Assembly: GCA_963719505.1 (NCBI GenBank)
Contig: CAVRCF010000005.1
Coordinates: 1,022,369-1,086,368 of the forward strand
Length of the DNA stretch: 64,000 nucleotides
DNA from: Halobacteriovoraceae bacterium
GTDB taxonomy: Bacteria; Bdellovibrionota; Bacteriovoracia; Bacteriovoracales; Bacteriovoracaceae
Direction of reading: 5' to 3'
Below the pieces are notes generated by a model. It saw only the letters and a list, made by a program, of their open reading frames with translations, ran no database searches and was not told the DNA's origin. Every line of letters begins with the position of its first letter. The first letter of the stretch is position 1. Made by a program: the position numbers and the translations under genes. Positions 28,655-37,436 of the stretch are shown one piece after another.

Positions 28655-28833
28655 ATTGTTCCTTTAATGGATATTCTGAATGAGACTAATTGCTTCTGCT
28701 TTGGCCAAAATATTTGTAAACTCAAGTGATGATTCCCTATATCGTTGTCAATATCTATAGCTTAGAATACCCCTCTTTATTAAGATTCTAGCGAAGCAGA
28801 AATAAATTTTCACTTCACTAGATCATTTAATAT

Positions 28834-29160
28834 TTATCGTCTATCACCAGCGGTCCAGAAACGATTTGCTCGTTCGATATTTTGTTCAATATTTTCCTTA
28901 AACTTATTCATTTTCTCTTCAGAGGAAAAGTAATAAGTTTCACCGTGGTGAATAATTTTATAATCTTCATTACCCGCGACATGAGAATCCCCCATGGCCA
29001 ATGACATCGCACAGTGTTTGTTAAAGACTTCACCATTGTCACTATGCATCTCACAATTTTTTTCACATTTATGATGATGATGTCCGCCATCACTTTTATG
29101 ATGGTGAGCACAAGAGCTAAATAAAAACAAACTTAAAATTGATAATAAAAATAATTTCAT
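28834..29160 (-). CDS. His-rich lipoprotein with a YHS-like domain
   Basis: Lipobox LFSSC, HHHKSDGGHHHHKCEK, then NEDYKIIHHGETYYFSSEEKMNKF resembling YHS/TRASH. Confidence 0.6.
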   Translation of the reverse strand: MKLFLLSILSLFLFSSCAHHHKSDGGHHHHKCEKNCEMHSDNGEVFNKHCAMSLAMGDSHVAGNEDYKIIHHGETYYFSSEEKMNKFKENIEQNIERANRFWTAGDRR

Positions 29161-29183
29161 AAAATTTCCTTTATAGATTTATA

Positions 29184-29795
29184 TTAATAATTTGAATCTT
29201 GATTTCCACAATGAGCCATACCAGAAACATAAGGGCTATGATTTTCAGATACTTTCTTAGAACTTTGAAGCCATTTCTTTTTAACCATGGGACAAGAGTA
29301 AGCATCATAGTCTTTACCCACGTCATAGGTGTTGACTATATAAATGAGTGCCATAGATACAATATGGTCATTTTGGTTATTCATCTCTCTACTGCTTGAT
29401 GCTTTAATATTAAGAAGCTTCTCTTTTGAAAAATTTAATGATTTTGCAATTTCTGAATGCGAAATATTCTCAATTTCATTTTTTAATTTTTTTGCACTCA
29501 ATTCAACTTTTGCAGCGTCAAAAGTAAAGAATGCATCATGCAATTTTTCATTAACAGCCAAGACTACCAAAACTTGATTTTTTGATTTTTCGTCCAAGTC
29601 TTTCCGGTCTTCATTACTCATCTTTATTTGTTCACCGTTACTCATTTTGTTATCAGTGCTTGAACCGAAAGTTTTTAAACTGTAGATCCCAACTGCGACA
29701 ATAGTTAGAGTGAGGAGCATTTTTTTAAATGAAAATCTTTTTTCACATTTTGGACATGTCATGTTCTTCACCTTGTTCAATATTTCTCTATTCAA
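29184..29795 (-). CDS. DUF3347-like protein (common copper-ATPase neighbour)
   Basis: C-terminal YSCPMVKKKWLQSSKKVSENHSPYVSGMAHCG matches the remembered DUF3347 signature CPM..WLQ...NPY.G..M..CG. N-terminal CPKC plus one TM. ATG 29763 is an alternative start. Confidence 0.6.
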   Translation of the reverse strand: MNREILNKVKNMTCPKCEKRFSFKKMLLTLTIVAVGIYSLKTFGSSTDNKMSNGEQIKMSNEDRKDLDEKSKNQVLVVLAVNEKLHDAFFTFDAAKVELSAKKLKNEIENISHSEIAKSLNFSKEKLLNIKASSSREMNNQNDHIVSMALIYIVNTYDVGKDYDAYSCPMVKKKWLQSSKKVSENHSPYVSGMAHCGNQDSNY

Positions 29796-29894
29796 AATAA
29801 ATTAATGCTACAGAAGCTGTAATAAGTAAGCATTTCCTTCAGTCTCTGTATTGCCATATGCTACATCATTTCAAACTTGATAATTGTAACCACT

Positions 29895-29913
29895 TATACC
29901 CCTTATGGGTATA
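29895..29913. promoter_or_regulatory. CsoR-type operator candidate, box 1
   Basis: TATACCCCTTATGGGTATA (arms TATACCC/GGGTATA), 100 bp upstream of the DUF3347-YHS-copA genes. Confidence 0.6.
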
Positions 29914-30143
29914 AAAAAATAATTTATGTCATATTCCTTAATACAAAAGTAAATATGCAGGAAAAGACTTTAAGCATCTTATTAACACTTTCTTGCAATA
30001 AGTATATTTCTGGAGTCTTAAGGTTGACTAATAAAGAAGGCTTTCTATTTTTTCTCTTTGAATTTACTTTTATATTTTATTGTTGGCATGAGATTATTAT
30101 TTTTTTATCTCATTGTTAGAAATCAAATTAATCTAATCATGTA

Positions 30144-30170
30144 TGGGAGTTCGGTCTATAGGAACTCCCA
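30144..30170 (-). terminator. Stem-loop downstream of the MCO-CopB gene (no clear U-tract)
   Basis: TGGGAGTTC/GAACTCCCA 9-bp stem with a 9-nt loop, 13 nt after the stop codon. Confidence 0.35.
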
Positions 30171-30182
30171 CGTTCTTATTGT

Positions 30183-32330
30183 TTAAAACAGAGGTTTTTT
30201 TCTCTTTTTCTTCTTCGTTCGTCCTCGATTGAGATTAACCCTGACGCCCACGCCAACAGTTGGTCCAATATTGGAATCATATCTATAATTAACTCCAACG
30301 CTTGTTCTCGGAGTTGCTTGATAGTACAGGCCGGAATTAAATTCCCACTCAGGACTGTCACTAATACCAAACGCTCCTCTTCCAGCAAAATCAATGCTAA
30401 CTCTTTTGGTTATTGGAAACATTTTGGAGAGCGAAACAATTAACTTACCATCGGATCTCACATGAGTTTTCACTTCTACCCTTAACGGTATGGTGTATGC
30501 GGCACCAAGCACACTGTGCATTTGACCATCATCATACTCAACACCGGCATAAATGTTTAAGAAGCGATCAATATACCGTTTAAATAATAATTCACCATCA
30601 AGGTTGTTCAGATCATACTGATCCATCTCTAAGTTTATATCAACTTGATACTTACCTTTAGATATTTTGACTTCTAATTCAGAAGAGTTTGTTGCAACTC
30701 CAAGTTCAGCACTAGTGAAAGCAGAATCATCATGAGTCATGTAGCGAGTCCATCTTCTTTCATTTTCAACAAGTGTATCTGGTCTTTTGAAGTTTTCGTA
30801 CTTAACCAATCTCGCCATTCCCATCTTCATGTGGTAGAGGTTGTGACAGTGTAAAAACCAAATTCCCGGTTCATTTGCATGAAATTCAATTGTGATCTCT
30901 CCCATTGGTGGAACATCTACAGTATGGAATTTTGGAGCAAAATGACCTTGACCGTTTAGCACTCTAAAGAAGTGACCATGAAGGTGCATCGGATGATGCA
31001 TCATCGTTTTATTTACATATTTAATTCTAACAACTTCATTATATTTAACCATCAAGTATTTATCTTCAGAAAACGCTTTACCGTTAATCGTCCAGTTGTA
31101 TCGGTCCATATCTCCGTTTAATTCTAAAGTGTAGTCTCTTCTAGGAAGCGACATATCAAACATTGTCATTTTTGGAGATTTAATATCTTTGTAGTTTAAT
31201 CTTTTTGTCATTGGCATCTGCTCAATCTCTTCTTGAGAAACTTTCATTGTATGGCCATCGTGTCCACCACCGTGACCTCCACCGTCGCCCATACCACCAC
31301 CATGATCCATATCACCCATACTATATGGACTTGGTCTCATTTTCATGGGTACTTTTTCAATATGATGACCTTTTCCTAAAATTAAACTTCCCGCTCCAGT
31401 AATATCTTGGGCCGTAGCTTTAAACTCTAAAGCTTTATGTGCTGGCATAGTAAAAATAACATCGTAAGTCTCAGCTATACCGATTAATATTTCGTTTACC
31501 TCAAGAGGTTGAATTTCAACTCCATCTTTTGTAATGACTTTGAAGTTAAATAATTTTCCAAGGTTGGCGTAAAAGTAAGTTGAAGCTGAAGCATTTATAA
31601 GACGCAGTCTAACTGTTTCGCCAGCTTTTATATTCATTAGGTGTTGTTGTTGTTTACCATTAATTAAAAAAGCATCATACCCAACATCACTCAAGTCCAT
31701 AGGACCCATTTTAGTCCATTCACTTTTAACATAATCCCAAAACTTACCTGCTCTTATGGCACTGTAAATAGAGGCATCTGTGTTTTTCTTATAAACGTAA
31801 TAATCTCCATCCATCTTTAAGTTAGCTAGAACTTGATCTGGATGTTCATTAGTCCAATCACTCATTACGACTTCAATATCATGGTCTGTTTTAAATCTGT
31901 CATGATCGTCTTCAATTACGATTGCACCGTATAGTCCTCTTTGCTCTTGAAGTTCAGTATGTGAGTGATACCAAAATGTTCCCGTATGAATTAATGGGAA
32001 TTCAAAAACATGAGTTTTCCCCGGTTCAATAATAAGCGTATTGGAGAACTGCGGTCCATCTTGATCCCAAGGTACTAATAAGCCATGCCAGTGAAGAGTC
32101 GTTGGTTCATCAGTTTTATTATTAACTGTAATTAGGGCCGTATCACCTTTACTAAATTTTAAGGTTGGAGCAGGGATTGATCCATTAATGGCCAAAGCGT
32201 GCTTAACCTCAACTCCAGTGAAATTGACTGTTTTGTGTTCTACATTTAGTTCGTATTCTACAATCTTTGCAAATGAACTAAAACTTAGAAGAAGTGCTAA
32301 TAATAAGAAAAATTTATTCGAGATAAACAT
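30183..32330 (-). CDS. Multicopper oxidase (CopA/PcoA type) fused to a C-terminal CopB-like beta-barrel domain
   Basis: Signal peptide. Copper ligand motifs LHWHG, WYHSH, HPMHLHGH and HCHNLYHMKMGM. A Met/His/Gly-rich insert MGDMDHGGGMGDGGGHGGGHDGH. About 200 extra C-terminal aa have alternating beta-strand patterns resembling CopB (FLNIYAGVEYDD...GVNYRYDSNIGPTVGVGVRV) and end in F. Confidence 0.85.
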   Translation of the reverse strand: MFISNKFFLLLALLLSFSSFAKIVEYELNVEHKTVNFTGVEVKHALAINGSIPAPTLKFSKGDTALITVNNKTDEPTTLHWHGLLVPWDQDGPQFSNTLIIEPGKTHVFEFPLIHTGTFWYHSHTELQEQRGLYGAIVIEDDHDRFKTDHDIEVVMSDWTNEHPDQVLANLKMDGDYYVYKKNTDASIYSAIRAGKFWDYVKSEWTKMGPMDLSDVGYDAFLINGKQQQHLMNIKAGETVRLRLINASASTYFYANLGKLFNFKVITKDGVEIQPLEVNEILIGIAETYDVIFTMPAHKALEFKATAQDITGAGSLILGKGHHIEKVPMKMRPSPYSMGDMDHGGGMGDGGGHGGGHDGHTMKVSQEEIEQMPMTKRLNYKDIKSPKMTMFDMSLPRRDYTLELNGDMDRYNWTINGKAFSEDKYLMVKYNEVVRIKYVNKTMMHHPMHLHGHFFRVLNGQGHFAPKFHTVDVPPMGEITIEFHANEPGIWFLHCHNLYHMKMGMARLVKYENFKRPDTLVENERRWTRYMTHDDSAFTSAELGVATNSSELEVKISKGKYQVDINLEMDQYDLNNLDGELLFKRYIDRFLNIYAGVEYDDGQMHSVLGAAYTIPLRVEVKTHVRSDGKLIVSLSKMFPITKRVSIDFAGRGAFGISDSPEWEFNSGLYYQATPRTSVGVNYRYDSNIGPTVGVGVRVNLNRGRTKKKKRKKPLF

Positions 32331-32371
32331 TTGAAGACTCCATTATTAATAATTTACAGTTACCCTATATA

Positions 32372-32388
32372 AGCAATATAGGTGCCAA
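32372..32388 (-). promoter_or_regulatory. Consensus sigma-54 (-24/-12) promoter upstream of the MCO-CopB gene
   Basis: The minus strand reads CTTGGCACCTATATTGCTTAT, that is TGGCAC-N5-TTGC with exact GG-N10-GC spacing. About 40 nt upstream of ATG 32330. It overlaps the inverted repeat CCTATAT-N5-ATATAGG (32364-32382). Confidence 0.65.
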
Positions 32389-32578
32389 GTAAACTGGAAT
32401 TTCAGACAGGATTACAGGGACATAGATAGCATCTCCTTTCAAAAGCTTTATAGATGTATAATAACAAGACAAGACAAGCCAATGAAATATTGCCAATACT
32501 AGATGAAAGGTTCAAAAAAGACAGAGTTTAAATAAAATTGAAGTTATCTGCCACAATATCAGTTATGAGGGGAGAAAT

Positions 32579-32863
32579 TTATTTACAAGTATTTTTAATA
32601 ATTTTCATTAGTTCATCAATTTTCTCATCAATATCTTTTTTATCATTTTTCATAGCCGCATCTTTCACACACCAATTGAGGTGTTCTTCTAAAATAATAA
32701 ACTCAATGGACTTTAGAGCACTTCTAATTGCTTTAATCTGATTGATAATATCAACACAATATTTTTCATTTTCAATCATGGCTTTGATACCACGAACTTG
32801 GGCTTCAATTCGATTGATTCGCGTTATTTGTTGTTTATGGTTTGCACCAACTTTTTCTTTCAT
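32579..32863 (-). CDS. csoR: CsoR-family copper-sensing repressor
   Basis: 94 aa. RINRIEAQVRGIKAMIE, with a C...H...C ligand set (EKYCVD, EEHLNWC). Confidence 0.85.
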   Translation of the reverse strand: MKEKVGANHKQQITRINRIEAQVRGIKAMIENEKYCVDIINQIKAIRSALKSIEFIILEEHLNWCVKDAAMKNDKKDIDEKIDELMKIIKNTCK

Positions 32864-33009
32864 TTAAACCTCTTTTAATAAATATACGAAAGAATCTCTA
32901 CATAATCCATTAATAATGTCTCTATTTAGTTGTTTTCTCGATAAATAACATCGATTTTTTTAACTTTTTAGTTTTGTTTAAATTGTTCCTATAAAATATT
33001 AAAATATCA

Positions 33010-33028
33010 TATACAATGGGGGGGTATA
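33010..33028. promoter_or_regulatory. CsoR-type operator candidate, box 2
   Basis: TATACAATGGGGGGGTATA lies between divergent csoR (start 32863) and the DUF1624-like gene (start 33050). Confidence 0.55.
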
Positions 33029-33049
33029 AAATTATTTTTAAAGGTTTTT

Positions 33050-33751
33050 TTGTCTATGCAAAAAGAGTTAGATATTAAGACTAATGGTCGATTTGATTCA
33101 TTAGATCATATAAAAGCAATTGCTGTCATCATGATGATTATCTATCATCTATTTTTTGATCTTAGCTATTTTCGTTTGGTTGGGTTTAATGTTGAACGTG
33201 AGACTTTTTGGGTATTACAACCCAAGATCATTGTTTTTCTTTTTCTCATGTCCGCAGGTATAAGTTTATCTATAGTTCACTCAAAAAGTATAAATTGGAA
33301 AAAAATATTTCATAGGACTATTAAATTACTGGTCGTTGCCTTATCAATAAGTGTCGTCACTTATTTTATTTTTCCCACGAGGTGGGTATATTTTGGTGTC
33401 ATTCACAACATAGCAATTTCATCACTTATTTGTTTAGCATTTTTAGGAAAACCAAAACTCTCGCTTTTCGTTGGATTGTCTCTACTTTTTCCATCAGTTT
33501 TTTATCAATACGATTATCCACTGCCAAGACTTGTCCCTGCTCCTGTAGATCACGTCGCTCTCCTACCTTGGTTGGGATGCATGCTTATGGGTATATACTT
33601 CTATCACATTGGACTTCATAAGGTGGCGATTCCTGAGCACCGCTTAAAGTCTTTCTTTCGATTCTTATCGAAGAATTCATTATTAATTTATCTAGGTCAT
33701 CAAGCAGTACTCTTTCCTGTGATTTATTTAATCTTTAAACTTAAAAACTAG
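33050..33751 (+). CDS. DUF1624-type (acyltransferase-like) polytopic membrane protein
   Basis: N-terminal RFDSLDHIKAIAVIMMIIYH followed by multiple TM helices. Identification is from memory of the family signature R..slD..RG.a...M...H. Confidence 0.55.
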   Translation: MSMQKELDIKTNGRFDSLDHIKAIAVIMMIIYHLFFDLSYFRLVGFNVERETFWVLQPKIIVFLFLMSAGISLSIVHSKSINWKKIFHRTIKLLVVALSISVVTYFIFPTRWVYFGVIHNIAISSLICLAFLGKPKLSLFVGLSLLFPSVFYQYDYPLPRLVPAPVDHVALLPWLGCMLMGIYFYHIGLHKVAIPEHRLKSFFRFLSKNSLLIYLGHQAVLFPVIYLIFKLKN

Positions 33752-33765
33752 ATTTCTTTCAAGGT

Positions 33766-35058
33766 CTAGTTCTTTTGGGAAATAAAGTACTTTTCATAAA
33801 AGTAAATAATAATCATTAACACCAAAGAAATAACGATAACCGTTGGGTCATCTTTTCCTTTAACATATAAGAGACCTCCCAAGACAACGAAATCAAGTAA
33901 AAGTGAAACCTTTAATATCCAAGAAGAAAATTGAACCTCGTCTCGATTAGCATTTTTAAGCACTCCAAAATGAATAAGCATGTCCATCACTAAATAGAAA
34001 AGTGCTCCCATTGCAGCAATTCTACCAACATCAAATGTAATTGTTAATACACCAGCTAATACCGCGATATAAACAAGTACATGGTTTTGAACTGTTCCAG
34101 GCATTCCAAAGTGTTTATGAGGAACAAGTTCCATATCGGTCAGCATCTTTAGCATTCTTGTCACTGCAAACATACTTGCAATAATTCCAGAAACTGTAGC
34201 AATTAGTGCAACTCCAACAGTTAAGCTGACTCCGAGTTCTCCCAATATTGGTCGCGAAGCCTCGGCTAGTGAATAATTCTTAGCTTTTAATATTTCCTCT
34301 AAACTGAGACTGCTACCTACTGCCAAACTGACAAGTACATAGACGACTGTACATATAGCTAAAGAGATCAAGATTGCACGCCCAACATTCTTTTTGGGTT
34401 CTACAATTTCTCCCCCACTATTGGTAATTGTCGTAAACCCTTTGAAAGCTAAAACTCCAATGGCGATAGCTCCTATAAAGTTTAAAGGTGTCGTTCCCAG
34501 TTCGTTGGCATTAAGCGAAGGGAGTGAAACTCCACTTGCAACTAATCCTCCAACGGCCAACAAAACCAGACCAACGGCTTTTAGAATTGCCATTACAAAT
34601 GAAAAGCTTTGAATTGATTTATTACTAAGTATATTTATTAGAAATGAAAAGACTATAAGTCCTAAGCCCAACCACGGAATATATTCTGCACCAAGGCTTA
34701 TATACTTTGATTGAACAAGATAGTTACCAAATGTTCTTGCGACTAAACTTTGATTAATGATCATCGAGACGAGCATTAGAATTGCACCCCAAGCAGCTAT
34801 AACTCCTTTGCCATAAACCTTGACGAGGATCATTGCAATTCCACCAGACGAAGGATAACTATTAGACATTTTAATGTAAGTATAAGATGTGATGGATGAA
34901 ACAATGCCTGCCCCAATAAATGCCCACATCAATAAATTTCCAGCGTAGTTGGCTATTTGGCCAGTTAGAGCAAAGACTCCAGCACCAATCATTACACCAG
35001 TGCCCATTGAAACGGCACCAAGCAAAGAAATATTACTTTTTGAATCAGACTTTTCCAA
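33766..35058 (-). CDS. APC-superfamily amino acid/polyamine permease
   Basis: 430 aa with about 12 TM helices. N-terminal SLLGAVSMGTGVMIGAGVFALTG is typical of APC transporters. TTG start. Confidence 0.8.
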   Translation of the reverse strand: MEKSDSKSNISLLGAVSMGTGVMIGAGVFALTGQIANYAGNLLMWAFIGAGIVSSITSYTYIKMSNSYPSSGGIAMILVKVYGKGVIAAWGAILMLVSMIINQSLVARTFGNYLVQSKYISLGAEYIPWLGLGLIVFSFLINILSNKSIQSFSFVMAILKAVGLVLLAVGGLVASGVSLPSLNANELGTTPLNFIGAIAIGVLAFKGFTTITNSGGEIVEPKKNVGRAILISLAICTVVYVLVSLAVGSSLSLEEILKAKNYSLAEASRPILGELGVSLTVGVALIATVSGIIASMFAVTRMLKMLTDMELVPHKHFGMPGTVQNHVLVYIAVLAGVLTITFDVGRIAAMGALFYLVMDMLIHFGVLKNANRDEVQFSSWILKVSLLLDFVVLGGLLYVKGKDDPTVIVISLVLMIIIYFYEKYFISQKN

Positions 35059-35110
35059 AATAGGCTCCTCAATAAAATAGATAAAAACGTCAATAAATTC
35101 TTCTTAGAAG

Positions 35111-35129
35111 TATACACCACGGGGGTATA
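35111..35129. promoter_or_regulatory. CsoR-type operator candidate, box 3
   Basis: TATACACCACGGGGGTATA, 53 bp upstream of the APC permease start. Confidence 0.55.
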
Positions 35130-35185
35130 TCTGTCATTTTAAGAAGTTATCTAGTTTTCTAAACATTTTATAGTTTCACCTCAAC

Positions 35186-36052
35186 TCACATTGAAGAAAT
35201 TTGATCTACTGTTTCAAGTTTTAAGTTTTTATTTTCACAAGACTTATTCAATAGCCAACCAAAGATTCTTCTTCTTTGACTTCCAAAGTTAATCTCAGGA
35301 TGAAACTGTGTTCCAAGAATAGGTCTATTTTCAAACTCCATTGACTCAGCTATTTGTCCGCTATTTGAAAAAGAAGTTAACTTTATTTTTGGCCATCTTT
35401 CTTTTTTAAATTGATTAAAATAATCTACACGAACACCTTGATGGTGATACTTATAGCCTCGAAAGTGAGAATACTTTAATATTGATTTAATCAGGGAAGG
35501 TCCTTCATTTAAGCGAACTCTATCAAAAAGATATCTACGGTTTTTAATACCAAGTTCTTCTTTAATATCGACGTAAAGTGGAATCCCTTGGGATACCGCA
35601 AGCATCTGCATCCCACGACAAATTCCGAGTACAGGAAGACTCTTATAGTTTGAGTTAGCAAAATAACTTTTTAATACATCTCTTTCAAAGGGATCGCGAA
35701 TCTCACCTTCAGTACTATAGTCAACAAGAGAATCCAGCTGTTCGATTCTGGCCCTTAAATCAGGCTCTACATTTGCTGTATACAATTTGGGATTTATATC
35801 TGCACCACCAGGAATAACAATTCCATCAATATCAGAGAAGTCTGATTGGATCTGTTTTTTGTACATATCGACAATTTCAATTTTATAACCATACTTACGG
35901 GCTATCTTTTTTAAAGCTCTCCCATAGAAATATTTACATTTTGTCGTACAACCAATTTTTAGAACTTCATTTTTTGGAAGCTTACAGGTTTGGTCATGGG
36001 CCAATAAAAAAGAAGACTGAATCAATAGCGAGAAACTTAAAATTTTATACAT
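35186..36052 (-). CDS. Secreted class-I glutamine amidotransferase / peptidase C26 (gamma-glutamyl hydrolase-like)
   Basis: Signal peptide. GGADINP, the nucleophile elbow LGICRGMQML, and GTQFHPE. Confidence 0.8.
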   Translation of the reverse strand: MYKILSFSLLIQSSFLLAHDQTCKLPKNEVLKIGCTTKCKYFYGRALKKIARKYGYKIEIVDMYKKQIQSDFSDIDGIVIPGGADINPKLYTANVEPDLRARIEQLDSLVDYSTEGEIRDPFERDVLKSYFANSNYKSLPVLGICRGMQMLAVSQGIPLYVDIKEELGIKNRRYLFDRVRLNEGPSLIKSILKYSHFRGYKYHHQGVRVDYFNQFKKERWPKIKLTSFSNSGQIAESMEFENRPILGTQFHPEINFGSQRRRIFGWLLNKSCENKNLKLETVDQISSM

Positions 36053-36200
36053 AGTTATACTCCATCAATATATTGTCTATCAAAACATACTGATATTTAT
36101 ATAGGGAAAATGTTTACGTATCAACAAATTAAGTCAGTTATAAATTACTTATAGGTCGCTCTATAGAACTTTTACACAACCTGTAATATGATATACTTGT

Positions 36201-36217
36201 ATACACTATGGGGGTAT
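36201..36217. promoter_or_regulatory. CsoR-type operator candidate, box 4
   Basis: ATACACTATGGGGGTAT lies between divergent peptidase C26 (start 36052) and the CxxCH lipoprotein (start 36232). Confidence 0.55.
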
Positions 36218-36231
36218 GCTATAAAACGAAT

Positions 36232-36621
36232 ATGAGAAGATCTATGAAACAATTACTTGTCATTACTACTCTATCGCTGATGACTTCTTGCTATCAAGAA
36301 GTCAATTCCAATAGCTTTGACGACCGCTACTCAGTGTCTAATGGTATTGATACTAGTACAGCAAATGGTAAAAGACTCTCCGATGCATATGATGTCTTAA
36401 GTAATAAATGCATGAATTGTCACACTGGTTATCATAATAATTGGTCAGATTTTACTACTGATTCAAAGTGGATAGAAGCAAACCTCGTTGAGTCCAATAA
36501 TGCTTATCTCTCATCACTGGTGCTTCGAATGAAAAACACTGGTGGAAATATGCCTAAAGACAATCCACAAATAAAAGAAGAAGATTTTGATATTATTATT
36601 GAGTGGATCGATAATATTTAA
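36232..36621 (+). CDS. Small lipoprotein with one CxxCH motif (cytochrome c-like domain)
   Basis: Lipobox LSLMTSC, CMNCH, later GGNMPKD..EEDFDIIIEWI. The track ORF begins at 36208, inside box 4, so ATG 36232 or 36244 is preferred. Confidence 0.6.
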   Translation: MRRSMKQLLVITTLSLMTSCYQEVNSNSFDDRYSVSNGIDTSTANGKRLSDAYDVLSNKCMNCHTGYHNNWSDFTTDSKWIEANLVESNNAYLSSLVLRMKNTGGNMPKDNPQIKEEDFDIIIEWIDNI

Positions 36622-37436
36622 AAATAAGTTCTTAAATCCAACCCCCAAAAGCTAGATGGATACTCATTAAGACTTCCTAGTGTGATCGCAAATGATATGT
36701 TCTCAAAACTCCATTCTCCAGAGAATTGATATCCAAAAGAGAAACTCTCTTCCCCATCAATTCTTCCTCCTGAAGGAGCATTATAGTCGCCTCGTTTAAA
36801 TAAAAGAGGAATACCAAACTTAACAAAGACTCTGTCTTTTGGTCGCCAAATAAGACTTGTCATAGACATCAATGCATCAACTGGAATGTCGCTTTGGATA
36901 AACTTTATACTATTTGAATCTTCGCCAACTGTTGCTGTGAGGTAAGCATAGCAAAGACTCGACTCAATTCCCCATAAGGCATTCATTTTTCGATAGCCAC
37001 CACCTAAACATGGGCCTCTTTCTTTAGAGTTTAGAGAAGTTACATTTCCAGAAGAGTCTTTTAGTTCAAGGTCATAGTTCCAAGTTAGATAACTCAGACT
37101 AACAAAGTAGTCTGAGTTAAATTTACTTCTATTAAACTTATCAAGTTCTACATCGTAGAGTTCATATAGTACTTCAAAGTCATACTCATCACTTTGCTCA
37201 AATGAGTCTGATTCCTCAAGCATACTGAATAGCTCTTGAAAAACAGAGGACGAAGGCTTTGTAACACCTCTTTGGATCTCTACCAGTTGTGTTTCAATCT
37301 CATGATAAAAGCTTTGTTGATTTTTAGCCTCTAGTGAGCTTGCTATAGCGGAGCTCACCTGAACAAAAGTAAAAAAAGCAATAAATATATAAATCGATCT
37401 TAAAACCATAAATGTAATTGTCCTGCAAAATCCCAA
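36618..37436 (-). CDS. Putative outer-membrane beta-barrel protein
   Basis: Signal peptide (from ATG 37409: MVLRSIYIFIAFFTFVQVSSAIA). Alternating-hydrophobicity strands. C-terminal LDLRTYF ends in an aromatic residue. Confidence 0.45.
   Translation of the reverse strand: MGFCRTITFMVLRSIYIFIAFFTFVQVSSAIASSLEAKNQQSFYHEIETQLVEIQRGVTKPSSSVFQELFSMLEESDSFEQSDEYDFEVLYELYDVELDKFNRSKFNSDYFVSLSYLTWNYDLELKDSSGNVTSLNSKERGPCLGGGYRKMNALWGIESSLCYAYLTATVGEDSNSIKFIQSDIPVDALMSMTSLIWRPKDRVFVKFGIPLLFKRGDYNAPSGGRIDGEESFSFGYQFSGEWSFENISFAITLGSLNEYPSSFWGLDLRTYF

Noticed and set aside
28700-28725. TTGGCC-N..-GAAGCA upstream of copA as a possible sigma-54 promoter
   Set aside because: The GG to GC spacing is one nucleotide too long (GG-N11-GC). 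Sigma-54 promoters are strict about this spacing.
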